From: a virus
Lineage: Duplodnaviria > Caudoviricetes
Length of the DNA: 26,512 nucleotides
Strand: one strand, 5' to 3'
IMG/VR virus record: IMGVR_UViG_3300037518_000324
Coordinates: 1-26,512 of that record
The translations under genes were made by a program, and so were the position numbers. The notes beneath the pieces were generated by a model, which made no database searches, was not told the origin of the DNA, and saw nothing but the letters and a program-made list of their open reading frames with translations. Below are positions 6,063 to 14,963 of this stretch, piece after piece; position 1 is the first letter of the stretch; each line of letters begins with the position of its first letter.

Positions 6063-7005
6063 CGGTATCGAACGTCCCCTCGTCGAGCGGGAGCAGCTCG
6101 CCGGTCGGGGTCGTCCAGCTCACGAGATCCGTTGACGTGGTACGAAAGCTGACCTCGTGGAGCGTCGGGGGATCGACCGGCTGGAACGCTGTCCCGTAGC
6201 CGATGTAGACGCCGTTGCGGAGAATGACCGAACGCAGGCCGTTGGAGCGGTAGTCGAGCCCGTCGGCGAGGCTCGTGATGTTGCCTGAGAACTGCGCGAG
6301 CACGCCCTGTTTCGTGTATGTCCCCGAATCGGCGGGGTCGGTGCAGGTCGCGTAGCCGGTGTGGGTATCGTTCGTGCCTGCGGTCCCGTGCTCGAACACG
6401 TAGTACGTGGAGCCGAGCTTGACGACCGGCCCGGTCCCGACACCCTCGTCGTCGAACTGCCCGGCGGAGCCGAGGCCGAGCACCTGCCCGCGCTTCGTGA
6501 ACGCGATCCCGTCGGTCGAGTCCGCGTAGCCCATCCTCGAGACTCCGGCCTTGATCCCCGTGTACCACATCTTCCATGCCGGCGACTCGGCCGGTTCGTA
6601 CAGGACCGCGGGTCCGATCAGCCCGGCGTCGTCGAACGCGCCCCCTGCCCCGAGGGTGAGGATCGGATTGCTCGCGTACTTCGTCCAGGTGATGAGGTCC
6701 GCGCTGGTCGCCCGGCCGATCCGGTAGTTCGTCCCGTCGTACCCGCCATAGAAGACGACCCACTGGCTGCCGTCCCACACGAGGGACACGCCGTGCACCT
6801 GCTCGTCGTCCCACTGACCCGATGCGCCCGGCGACATGACCGGATTGGAGGCGTAACGCGTCCACGTCTGCCCGGCGTCACTCGACGTGGCGAGGCCGAC
6901 GTGGACGATCGTGTCGCCGGTCTGCCCGTTGTAGAGCATCGAGTAGGCCGTGGGGGGCGGGGTGAACGACGCTCCGCCCCGCGCCGCCATGAGCAGACGC
7001 CGCAT
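6028..7005 (-). CDS. Five-bladed beta-propeller, glycoside-hydrolase-like (GH32/43/130-type fold), tail-associated
   Basis: Repeated blades GLATSSDAGQTWTRYASNPV, GRATSADLITWTKYASNPI, GYADSTDGIAFTKRG and TTSTDLVSWT. Last gene of the tail module. Confidence 0.75.
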   Translation of the reverse strand: MRRLLMAARGGASFTPPPTAYSMLYNGQTGDTIVHVGLATSSDAGQTWTRYASNPVMSPGASGQWDDEQVHGVSLVWDGSQWVVFYGGYDGTNYRIGRATSADLITWTKYASNPILTLGAGGAFDDAGLIGPAVLYEPAESPAWKMWYTGIKAGVSRMGYADSTDGIAFTKRGQVLGLGSAGQFDDEGVGTGPVVKLGSTYYVFEHGTAGTNDTHTGYATCTDPADSGTYTKQGVLAQFSGNITSLADGLDYRSNGLRSVILRNGVYIGYGTAFQPVDPPTLHEVSFRTTSTDLVSWTTPTGELLPLDEGTFDTVSAENPGVVQA

Positions 7006-7986
7006 CTAGGCGCCGAGGTATTCGAGCATGAAGGTGGTCTGCTGCTGGAGGGCCGAGGCGTGCCCGAAGACCTGTGTCGCTGTCGAGCCGTTGATGATAA
7101 CCGCGTACAGGAAGTCACCCTCGGCGAGGACGAAGATCGGCGCGGGCGAGGCGAGGAACGAACTCCCGACGACGCTGAGTCTCAGCTCGCCGCCACGCGG
7201 GAAGGCGTCGTTGACGCGCCAGCTCATCAGCGACTGGGCGCTTCCGGTGTAGCCGTCGATGAACGTCGCGTAGTTGGCCCGGTACTTGCCGGCCTTGCCC
7301 GCCGGGACGGCGAAGTGGCTGCTCTTGCGGGTGGCGGTCTGGCCCGAGGCGTTGTTCGCCATGTTCTGCCAGAGGATGATGTTCTCGTCGTCGGTGATCG
7401 TCTTGACGACGCCGATCTCGGCCGCGGTACCGGGGATCGAGATGACCTGGTTGACGCCCAGCTCGGTCAGGAACGCCGTCCCGACCCCCACGATGTTCGG
7501 GCTCGACGCGGTCTTGGAGACGGTCCCCGTGAGATTGGCCGCGGACGTGTAGTGGAAGAGGTCGGTGTCCTCCTCCTCGCTGTCGAACAGGGGCACGAGC
7601 GCGGCCCCGGCCCCGACCGATTCCGTGGCCGCGTGATAGACCTTGCAGCCGACGAACGCGGCTGCTCCAGCCGCTGCCCACTTGAGCCCCGTCGCCTCGG
7701 CCGAGTCGGCCGTCAGGACCGTGTCGTTGGCTCCCACCGCCAGCCGTGCGGCGGTGTTCGCTCCGGTCCCTCCCGCCAGATCACCCTTGGCATCCCAGAT
7801 CGCATCCGTGGCGACGGCGCCCGCCGAGCCGCCCGACATGAGCGTCTCGGCCCCCGCGTCGTCCTTCGAGTACATGAGCCCGTCGGCCTTGGCGTAGACG
7901 ACCACCTCACCCGCGTCGGGAGTGGCAGCAGCCGCGCCCTCGGCCCAGTGAACCTTGGTGCGGTTATACGTGCCGGAGTTCGCCAT
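7006..7986 (-). CDS. Tail fibre / minor tail protein
   Basis: DAKGDLAGGTGANTAARLAVGANDTVLTADSAEATGLKW is a fibre-type motif; beta-rich C-terminus; position after the hub gene. Confidence 0.7.
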   Translation of the reverse strand: MANSGTYNRTKVHWAEGAAAATPDAGEVVVYAKADGLMYSKDDAGAETLMSGGSAGAVATDAIWDAKGDLAGGTGANTAARLAVGANDTVLTADSAEATGLKWAAAGAAAFVGCKVYHAATESVGAGAALVPLFDSEEEDTDLFHYTSAANLTGTVSKTASSPNIVGVGTAFLTELGVNQVISIPGTAAEIGVVKTITDDENIILWQNMANNASGQTATRKSSHFAVPAGKAGKYRANYATFIDGYTGSAQSLMSWRVNDAFPRGGELRLSVVGSSFLASPAPIFVLAEGDFLYAVIINGSTATQVFGHASALQQQTTFMLEYLGA

Positions 7987-10616
7987 CAGTCATCCACCCA
8001 TACGTAGAGCCAATCGAGGCCGTCCTCGGTTTGCAGCGCTTCGGAGCCGTCCTCGATCAACAGGACTTCCCAGCGGCCGGGCGTGTTCACCCACGCCGAG
8101 CCGTTGTAGCGGAGCATGTCGCCCGTGATCGCGGAGGTGATCGTCACGTCAGACAAGCCGTCGAGGTCCGCCGCGCCACCGGGGATCGTGATCGTCTTCT
8201 CGGCCCCGGTCCCCGATGCCGTCACGCCTGCCCCGACGAAGTCGAGCGTCGTCGCGGCCGTGGCGAGCGGGGTCCCTTCGTCCTCGACGGTGAGCGCGGT
8301 CCCTCCGACCTTCGCGCCGTAGACGACCGAATCGCCCTCGTCGGACCAGAGCAGGTACCACGTCACGTCACCGGCCGTCTGCGCCGGCTGGTCGTCGTCG
8401 GCAAACACCACGTCGGCGTCCCAGGTGATGCCGAACCCGCCGTCGTTGCTCACCCCGAACTGGACGACGCGCCCCTCGTCGAGGGTGAACCCGGTGACGG
8501 TGATGGTGCAGTCCTGGTCGAGCGTGCCGCGCTGCCACTCGCGCGCCTCGGCGTTCAGCGTCTCGGTCGCTCCGAGGTTGCCGAGCTGGAGCGGTGCCAC
8601 CGGACCCGCAGCCACCGCGGGATGGAAGTGCGGCGGGATGCTCGACCCACCCCCGCCCGGTGACGCGACGAGGCTGCCCGTGCCCTCGGAACCCGCGATC
8701 GGCAGGATGGCGAGCGAGCCGAGTTCCACCCAGATATCGAGGTCCGTCACTGCCTTCGCGTTGGACGGCTGGTGGAAGTTGATCGCGGCGACGACGAAGC
8801 TCGCGTTGTTGTAGTCGAACTCGCCGGTCCCCGTGTGGAGGGTGATCGTGTCGCCAACCCAGAAGTGGCCCGACGAACCCGGCGGTCCGGGGAGATACTT
8901 GCCCGCCGCCTCTTCGTTGCCGAGTTCCCCGAGCGGGACGCTGATCGATTCGCTCCGGTCGAGCTGGTCCGCGACGTAGGCGTCCCCGATGGCGTCGAGC
9001 GCGGTGGCGTCCTGTCCGTACGCCGAGAGGAACGTCTCGCGCGTGACGCGTGAGGCCGCGTCCGCGAGCGCGCCGAGCGCCTTGCCCTCATTCTCTCCGT
9101 ACACCCACGCGTGCGTCGCGACCCTGCCCGGCCGCACCTGTCGGGTGATGCCCTTCGGCCCCGGCGAATCGGTCGCCGCACCGATGTTCGTCACGGCCAC
9201 GAGGCGGACCTTGCCCGCCGCGAACGTGGCGGAGCTGCGGTCCGTCCCGTAGTTGCCGAGGTTGTACGCGGACAGCAACAGGTCCGGGTCGCACTGGATG
9301 GTGAGCGTGCGCGTGCCGATCAGCCGTCCGGCCACCGACAGCAGGCTTTCGCCGATGGCCGCGCTGAACTCGTCGGTCGTGGATGAGCTGTCCCACGGGT
9401 CGGCCGTCGAGTCGTTGGTGTAGTCGAAGTCAATGGTGAGATTGGTGAGCGGCAGCTGCGGCCGGTCGGCGTCCTGCGCCTCTTCGATGATCCGGCGGAA
9501 CATCTGGCCGGGCTTGCTGCCGGTGCCCGCGAGGTACAGCCGCCACAGACCGCCGTACGGATCGTGGCCGCCGGTGATGTAGGAGTCGGTCGCCATCTTG
9601 GCGAAGTCGAGGTAGCCGAGCGGGCCCGGTCCCCCGAACTTCAGGACCTGCTCGCCCTGCTCGTTCGGTCCGAGCAGCGTGAAGTCGCCCTCGGTCAGCC
9701 AGCCCCCGAAGATCGGGTCGCCCTGGATCGCCGGGACCCGGACCTTGATGTAGCGCACGTCGCCGTCGCCGTCGCCGAGGATGTCCGCCGTGGCGTCGGC
9801 GTCGTTCTTGTCGATCTTGAACGTGACGCTGCCCGTGCCGTCGAGTTCCGGCCGCCAGCCGACGTCGAACGCCCCGCACAGCGTGGCCTTGTACGTGAGC
9901 CCCGCCACACTGTTGACGGTCGGCGCGTAGACGTCGAGCGCGACCGGCGCGTCACACGTCGGAAGAACGGCGGCGACCTCTTCGACGACGACGGTGTAGC
10001 CGCAGTACCCCGAGCTCGCCGCGGACGTGCCGCCGACGATGTACGAACCCGACGCCCCGGCGACGGTGAGGTGCCCTACCCAGTGGGTCGGGGAGTTCGA
10101 GGTGTTCTGCTGGCAGTCGACGACCTCGGTGACCGATCCGTCCGCGGTGACGGTGGTCGTCGCGAACATCGTCCCGACGCCGTAGATGAGGACGTCCGTC
10201 CCGGCGGCCGGTGTGACCGAACCCCCGGCGTCCATGTTCGTCGTCGAGGCGATCTGGTTCTGCGAGCCGAACACCCCGCCGTACGCCGCGCCGGACAACT
10301 CGACGAGGGTGATGACGTAGCCACCCCCGTCGAACTCGATCGTCGCCGGCGGTTGGGTCGAACTGTGCTCCGTCCCGTCGCTCGTCTTGTAGAACGCTCG
10401 ACAGTGACGGGTACTGATCCCCGACGTGAACCCGACCCCCGCACCGACCGCCGTCCAACCGGGGGTGTCCACGGTGGGTTCGGGGATGCCCGGGTTGTCG
10501 CGTCGGGAGACGAGCGCGAGGAGCAGGTTCCCACTCGTCGGGGCGACCGCGAAGTCCGCCGTCGTGACATTCGACGTGCAGCCATTCGTAATGCTCTGGA
10601 CGATCGCGATCGCCAT
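7986..10616 (-). CDS. Baseplate hub / central tail protein with accessory N- and C-terminal domains, 876 aa
   Basis: Follows the Dit-like gene. Central ELDGTGSVTFKI...VGDTITL hub-like region; C-terminal fibre motifs TLDFVGAGVT and LDGLSDV...GDMLRYNGSAWVN. Confidence 0.7.
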   Translation of the reverse strand: MAIAIVQSITNGCTSNVTTADFAVAPTSGNLLLALVSRRDNPGIPEPTVDTPGWTAVGAGVGFTSGISTRHCRAFYKTSDGTEHSSTQPPATIEFDGGGYVITLVELSGAAYGGVFGSQNQIASTTNMDAGGSVTPAAGTDVLIYGVGTMFATTTVTADGSVTEVVDCQQNTSNSPTHWVGHLTVAGASGSYIVGGTSAASSGYCGYTVVVEEVAAVLPTCDAPVALDVYAPTVNSVAGLTYKATLCGAFDVGWRPELDGTGSVTFKIDKNDADATADILGDGDGDVRYIKVRVPAIQGDPIFGGWLTEGDFTLLGPNEQGEQVLKFGGPGPLGYLDFAKMATDSYITGGHDPYGGLWRLYLAGTGSKPGQMFRRIIEEAQDADRPQLPLTNLTIDFDYTNDSTADPWDSSSTTDEFSAAIGESLLSVAGRLIGTRTLTIQCDPDLLLSAYNLGNYGTDRSSATFAAGKVRLVAVTNIGAATDSPGPKGITRQVRPGRVATHAWVYGENEGKALGALADAASRVTRETFLSAYGQDATALDAIGDAYVADQLDRSESISVPLGELGNEEAAGKYLPGPPGSSGHFWVGDTITLHTGTGEFDYNNASFVVAAINFHQPSNAKAVTDLDIWVELGSLAILPIAGSEGTGSLVASPGGGGSSIPPHFHPAVAAGPVAPLQLGNLGATETLNAEAREWQRGTLDQDCTITVTGFTLDEGRVVQFGVSNDGGFGITWDADVVFADDDQPAQTAGDVTWYLLWSDEGDSVVYGAKVGGTALTVEDEGTPLATAATTLDFVGAGVTASGTGAEKTITIPGGAADLDGLSDVTITSAITGDMLRYNGSAWVNTPGRWEVLLIEDGSEALQTEDGLDWLYVWVDD

Positions 10617-11081
10617 CTACGCCCAGTCCGGCGGGTCGCCCACCGCTTCGAGCACGACGTCCCATTCCTGGTAGACGCCCATCTGCTCGCGCCCCTCGAT
10701 GACGTTGAGCACTCGCGCGCTGATCGTCGAGGTGGCCGCGGCCGAGAGGCCCATGTACGGATCGGTCGCGACGAGCGCCTTCGCCGCGTCGTCAGGGTCG
10801 AACAGGGCTTGCGCGACGACGACGTTGGCGAGGAAGTCCTGTTGCCGGGTGACGAGGGAGCCCGACGTCGGGCCGCCGTGGATGTAGCCGTGGAGCCGGA
10901 TGACCCGCCGATCCTTCACCCGCGAGCGAGCGGTGCGGCCGGCCTTGCCCGGCAGGATGCGGTCCGACCCCCGTACCTCCGCGATGCCCCGGAAGCCCGC
11001 CACGATATCGAAGAACAGCCCGCCCGCCGTTCGCGCGGTGGCCTCGCGGATGTCCGTCCCGTCAAACGTGAGGTCAGCCAC
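10617..11081 (-). CDS. Distal tail (Dit)-like protein
   Basis: 154 aa directly after the tape measure; LTFDG...RGSDRILPGKAG...RVIRLHGYI pattern. Confidence 0.65.
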   Translation of the reverse strand: MADLTFDGTDIREATARTAGGLFFDIVAGFRGIAEVRGSDRILPGKAGRTARSRVKDRRVIRLHGYIHGGPTSGSLVTRQQDFLANVVVAQALFDPDDAAKALVATDPYMGLSAAATSTISARVLNVIEGREQMGVYQEWDVVLEAVGDPPDWA

Positions 11082-12945
11082 GATTGAACCCGGCGAGACG
11101 CTGCATGGTCATGGCGATGCCCTGCTCCGTCATCGGCTGGAGAGTCCCGCTGACAGTGAGGTTGTAGTTGTTGGTGACAGTCGAAGACCCCCCGGCTCCA
11201 GCGAGGGCAGGTGCCATCGCGCCGAAACCGGGGGGTGTGATGTTCGGAAGCTTCGCGCCGATACCCTTGGCGAGCAGGTCCGTGAAGCGGCGGCCCCAGC
11301 CTTCCGGACCCCCGGCCTCGGACCACGGCCCTTCCTTGGCAGGCGACGCGACGCGCAGGCGGTTGCGGACCGCGGCGGCAACCTGGTCTGCGGCCTGCTT
11401 GACGACCGGCGTGGATGCCTTCAGCCCCGCGGCCGTCTCCCGGCCGACGGAGTAGCCCCAGCCGTACGCCGACGAGGGGAGCTGGCCGAGCGCATTCTGA
11501 ATGGCGATGTTGTGGAGCTGCGCGGCTGCGGCGGTGCCGGCCTTCGTGGCGGCGAGCGCGCGGCCGATCTCCGTCCCGGCGCGGAAGGTGAGGTTGAACG
11601 CGGAGTCCGACAACTCGCCGAGCCGCATCTCCGCTTCGGTGACGAACGCTGCCCACTGTGCCCGGATGGCCGGGTCATTCGACGCAAGGCCGTCCTTGAC
11701 CGCCTTCGATGCGAGGGCCGCCTTGATCTGCGCCCGTTCGGCCCACGGGGTGAGGGCGTCCTCGCCGTCCTTGACGAGCTGCTCTACCGCGCTCTTCCAG
11801 TCCTTGCGCTTGGACAGGAGCGCGGCGGCGATCTCGCCGGGTGTCTTCTGAGCGATGGCCTTCGTGCGGTTCTTGGCGGCTTCGAACTCCTGCGGGAGCA
11901 CCTGGAACGAATACCCCGCGACGACCCCCATCCGCGCCCGCATCCCCTCGACCGTGGACACCGACTCGTCGACGAACCCGCGGATCGCGGCCGACGTGTG
12001 GCCGATATTCGAGGCGACGTTGCGCTGCTGATCCGGGCCGAAGATGATCTCGCCGATGGCGGGGATGTCCCGGCCGCGGGCCGCGAGCCAACTGATGACA
12101 TCGCCCACCCCGGCCAGCGCGTTGCCGAGTTCGCCGAGACTGTCGACGACTGCGATCGCCGCCCCGGCGAGGTCGGTCATGAGCGGCAGCAGCTTCGTGC
12201 CGATCTCGGCAGACAGGTCGGCGAGCTTCGCCTCAAGGATGCGCTGCTTGTTCGCCAGCCCATCGCTCGTCCGCGCGAAGTCGCCCTGCGCGAGCGACGA
12301 GTCCTTCATGATGAGCGCGTATGCGGCGGTGGACTTCTGGAGCGGGGTGAGCGTCGCGCCGAGATCCGTCATCCCCTGCGCCAGCAACTCCTGACGCAAG
12401 CGCGCATCGGAGAGGGCGATGCCGTACCGCTTCAGGGGCTCCGTCTCGCCCGACAGCCCGGAGCGCAGCGCGAGCAGCGCGTCATCGACCGACGTGTTGT
12501 TGAACGAGGCGAGGTCGGCGGCCAACTCGACGAGCGACTTGCTCATCTTCGTGGCTTCCTGCTGCCCGACGCCGAACGCCTGAAACAGGTTGCCGTACGT
12601 CCCGGCGGCTTCCAACGCCTGTTGCTTCGATTGCCCGAACGCGTCCGATGCGGTGTCGGCCCACTTCGTGATCTCGGCCGCTGACTGGCCGAACACGACG
12701 TTGACCTTGCTCTGGCTCTCGGCGAGGCTCGACGCCGCCTGGATCGAATCGCCGACGAACTGCACCGCCCGGCTGGCGGCGCTGCCCATGAGGTCGAGCG
12801 CCTTCGTCGTGACCGCGGCGCCGACGCCGATGGCGAAGCCCTTGGCACCCTGCTTTTGGAGTGCGCCGAACTTGTCGCGGATTTTGTCGATCGGCCCCGA
12901 CGCGTCATCCTTGACGCCCGCGTGGATTCGGACTGAATTCGCCAA
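11074..12945 (-). CDS. Tape measure protein, 623 aa
   Basis: Ala-rich and helical; VKDDASGPI N-terminus; LVELAADLASFNN...ALRSGLSGETEPLKRYGI; RVASPAKEGP near the C-terminus; follows the chaperone. Confidence 0.92.
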   Translation of the reverse strand: MANSVRIHAGVKDDASGPIDKIRDKFGALQKQGAKGFAIGVGAAVTTKALDLMGSAASRAVQFVGDSIQAASSLAESQSKVNVVFGQSAAEITKWADTASDAFGQSKQQALEAAGTYGNLFQAFGVGQQEATKMSKSLVELAADLASFNNTSVDDALLALRSGLSGETEPLKRYGIALSDARLRQELLAQGMTDLGATLTPLQKSTAAYALIMKDSSLAQGDFARTSDGLANKQRILEAKLADLSAEIGTKLLPLMTDLAGAAIAVVDSLGELGNALAGVGDVISWLAARGRDIPAIGEIIFGPDQQRNVASNIGHTSAAIRGFVDESVSTVEGMRARMGVVAGYSFQVLPQEFEAAKNRTKAIAQKTPGEIAAALLSKRKDWKSAVEQLVKDGEDALTPWAERAQIKAALASKAVKDGLASNDPAIRAQWAAFVTEAEMRLGELSDSAFNLTFRAGTEIGRALAATKAGTAAAAQLHNIAIQNALGQLPSSAYGWGYSVGRETAAGLKASTPVVKQAADQVAAAVRNRLRVASPAKEGPWSEAGGPEGWGRRFTDLLAKGIGAKLPNITPPGFGAMAPALAGAGGSSTVTNNYNLTVSGTLQPMTEQGIAMTMQRLAGFNRG

Positions 12946-12947
12946 CG

Positions 12948-13130
12948 TCAGGACTCCCAGCCGAACAGCTCGATTGCGGTGTAGAGCCGGCGAGCCTCCT
13001 CTCCGTCAGCGACGGACGGCAGGATCCCCCGGTCGAGCAGCCAGCGGTCGAGCCGCGCCTGCGCTACTTCCCACGGCTCCGCTTCCTCGGTCGCTTCGCC
13101 TTCTCTGGCGCGGGCGACCCACTCGGTAAA
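12948..13130 (-). CDS. -1 frameshift extension (gpT-like) of the tail assembly chaperone
   Basis: The -1 frame from the slippery site reads FTEWVARAREGEATEEAEPWEVAQARLDRWLLDRGILPSVADGEEARRLYTAIELFGWES and stops 2 nt before the tape measure start. Confidence 0.75.
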   Translation of the reverse strand, partial: FTEWVARAREGEATEEAEPWEVAQARLDRWLLDRGILPSVADGEEARRLYTAIELFGWES

Positions 13131-13471
13131 GGGGGCGGTGCCTGCCGGATACCGGCGAGGTAGAGGACGACGACGGTGCCGAGGAAGTCGGCCCCGATGA
13201 GGCGGCAGCCCTCCGCGTTGGCGGGGCGCGGTTCACCGTCAGGTCCCTCGACGTTCCAGCCGCGCAGGACCTCGGTCCCGAACAGGTCGCACAGCCGTTC
13301 GTAGCGCGCGATCTTGTCCTCGACCGAGGTCTCGTCCGGCGTGTTGCCGAGCGCCTCGATCTCCCGGAGCACGCCGATGCCGACGTTGTCCCGGACGCTG
13401 ACTTCTGCCCCGGCGTACGGGCCGTCGGTGAAGCCGATCGACCCGAGCCGCTCTGGCTCCGTGAAGCCCAC
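13064..13471 (-). CDS. Tail assembly chaperone (gpG-like)
   Basis: Lies between the tail tube and tape measure genes; VLRGWNVEGPDGEPRP motif; slippery site near its end. Confidence 0.8.
   Translation of the reverse strand: MGFTEPERLGSIGFTDGPYAGAEVSVRDNVGIGVLREIEALGNTPDETSVEDKIARYERLCDLFGTEVLRGWNVEGPDGEPRPANAEGCRLIGADFLGTVVVLYLAGIRQAPPPLPSGSPAPEKAKRPRKRSRGK
13127..13133 (-). other. Programmed -1 frameshift heptamer C CCT TTA
   Basis: An X XXY YYZ heptamer in the correct phase (TTA is codon 115 of the chaperone ORF). Confidence 0.75.
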
Positions 13472-13496
13472 TGGCCCATCCCTTTCGTCCCATCCC

Positions 13497-13541
13497 GAAA
13501 AAGGAACCGCCCGCCGGGGGATGGGGCCGGCGAGCGGTCCT
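13497..13541 (-). terminator. Intrinsic terminator-like hairpin after the tail tube gene
   Basis: mRNA sense AGGACCGCTCGCCGG-CCCCATCCC-CCGGCGGGCGGTTCCT followed by TTTTC. Confidence 0.7.
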
Positions 13542-13552
13542 GTCGTCAGGGT

Positions 13553-13957
13553 TTAGGTCCAGGCCGCGGCGGTGCCGTTGGCGAGCAGGAACGTCGCGCC
13601 GGCCGTGAACGAGCCGTCCTGGTTGCGCGTCCATGCCACGTCGCTCATCACGCACTCGGCGGTGAGCGTCTTCCCGCCGACGACGATGACCACGGTCCGC
13701 GTGTCGTTGTCGGCAGGGGTGGAGAACACGTCGAACATCGACGGGGAGCCCGCGGGGTTGAACACGGTCGTGACGTTGAGGTTGAAGTCGTTGAGCAGCA
13801 GCAGCCGCTCCAGCGCCGACTTGTCGAGGCCCGTGACGTCCTGTACACCGCGGGTCGTGTTGAACGTCAGGCTGGTTGAATCGTTGGAGATCAGTTCCCC
13901 TGCACCAGCGGCATCGTCGATGGTGAGCGTCATTCCCATACCGCTTGACTTGGCCAA
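13553..13957 (-). CDS. Major tail tube protein, short paralogue, 134 aa
   Basis: Directly upstream of the chaperone; AAAGGAG SD with TTG start; QDVTGLDKSALERLLLLNDF...WTRNQDGS; followed by a terminator-like hairpin. Confidence 0.8.
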   Translation of the reverse strand: MAKSSGMGMTLTIDDAAGAGELISNDSTSLTFNTTRGVQDVTGLDKSALERLLLLNDFNLNVTTVFNPAGSPSMFDVFSTPADNDTRTVVIVVGGKTLTAECVMSDVAWTRNQDGSFTAGATFLLANGTAAAWT

Positions 13958-14027
13958 CGGAGACTCCTTTCAGGGACATGCCGAAACACCGACCCACTGG
14001 CCGGCTCCGGTGGATGAGGGACGCTAG

Positions 14028-14783
14028 TTAGGCGTCCGCGTCGTAATCGGTCGCCCGCAGGCGGCGGAACGCCATGCTGAACACCGCGGTCGTGAACGTG
14101 CCGTTCGTCGAGGCGCGCACCCAGCGTTCGACGGTTCCGGTGACTTCGATCCGCTGGGCGATCGGGGCGTACGGCGTGGCCACGTCGGTGAACGCGCCGA
14201 GGTTGGCCCATGCCCCGTCAACCCCGGTCGTGCTGTCGCTGGAGTCTTCCAGGTCGTACTCGACCGTCCCGGTCGCCGCCGAGAAGTGCTGAAGGAACCC
14301 AACCGCGCCCGCGGTCGTCTGCGCTCCGAAGTCGATGCCCGTCTCGTCATCGGCGCTGGCATGGGTCGTCTTGGACGCGAGCAGCAGCCCGTACTCCATC
14401 GGCACACCCGACGCGGCGAGCAGTTGCACGGTCCCCGTGAGCGAGCCGTCCGCGCCGCGCACCCAGTCGTAGTTGATCTGCTTGGCGGTGAGCGCGAGAA
14501 CCGGCTGCCCGGCTGTCGTCGAGGTGAGGACGAGGCACAGCACGTTGGTCGTCGGCAGCGCGGCGAGCGAATCAAACGTCTCGTCATCGGCGTCGTTGAA
14601 GAAACAGTTGAACGTGATCTCGCCGTCGCGCAGGCCGTAGATGCGAACCATCGCCGAGTCCTGGATCGACGTGACATCGAGCACGGCGGCCGAGGATCGC
14701 ATGGTCTGGATCGAGCCAACGTCACCCGATGCGTCTACCCCCTGGAGGTAGAGCCGCATCCCGATGCCGCTACTTTTCGCCAT
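14028..14783 (-). CDS. Tail tube paralogue with an extra C-terminal beta domain
   Basis: N-terminal ~130 aa align by eye with 13553..13957 (MAKSSG.GM, DVT....SA..R, FN, W.R..DGS.T). About 120 extra residues follow. Confidence 0.75.
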   Translation of the reverse strand: MAKSSGIGMRLYLQGVDASGDVGSIQTMRSSAAVLDVTSIQDSAMVRIYGLRDGEITFNCFFNDADDETFDSLAALPTTNVLCLVLTSTTAGQPVLALTAKQINYDWVRGADGSLTGTVQLLAASGVPMEYGLLLASKTTHASADDETGIDFGAQTTAGAVGFLQHFSAATGTVEYDLEDSSDSTTGVDGAWANLGAFTDVATPYAPIAQRIEVTGTVERWVRASTNGTFTTAVFSMAFRRLRATDYDADA

Positions 14784-14955
14784 CACTCACCTTGCCCTGT
14801 GGGACGAGGAAACCGTCGCGCACGAACCGCTCGACGAGCGGACCGTCATAGGGATCGCCTTCGTACCAACGCCGGTCGCCCACCCGGATGACATGCTTGC
14901 CGGCGGGGATCCGGCGGGGGTTGGCGACGATGTAGCCGGTGTGCTTCTTCGGCAT
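14770..14955 (-). CDS. Small hypothetical protein, 61 aa
   Basis: MPKKHTGYIVANPRRIPAGKH...WYEGD...FVRDGFL; AGGAG SD before ATG 14955. Confidence 0.65.
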   Translation of the reverse strand: MPKKHTGYIVANPRRIPAGKHVIRVGDRRWYEGDPYDGPLVERFVRDGFLVPQGKVSDGEK

Positions 14956-14963
14956 GGGTACTC

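Noticed and set aside
13006-13479. 157-aa track ORF as the chaperone frameshift partner
   Set aside because: It lies in the +1 frame and is not protein-like. The -1 frame from CCCTTTA fits the G/GT pattern.
13958-14027. Structured element between the two tail-tube genes
   Set aside because: Only short, imperfect stems and a repeated GTCCCT were found, no more than expected by chance at this GC content.
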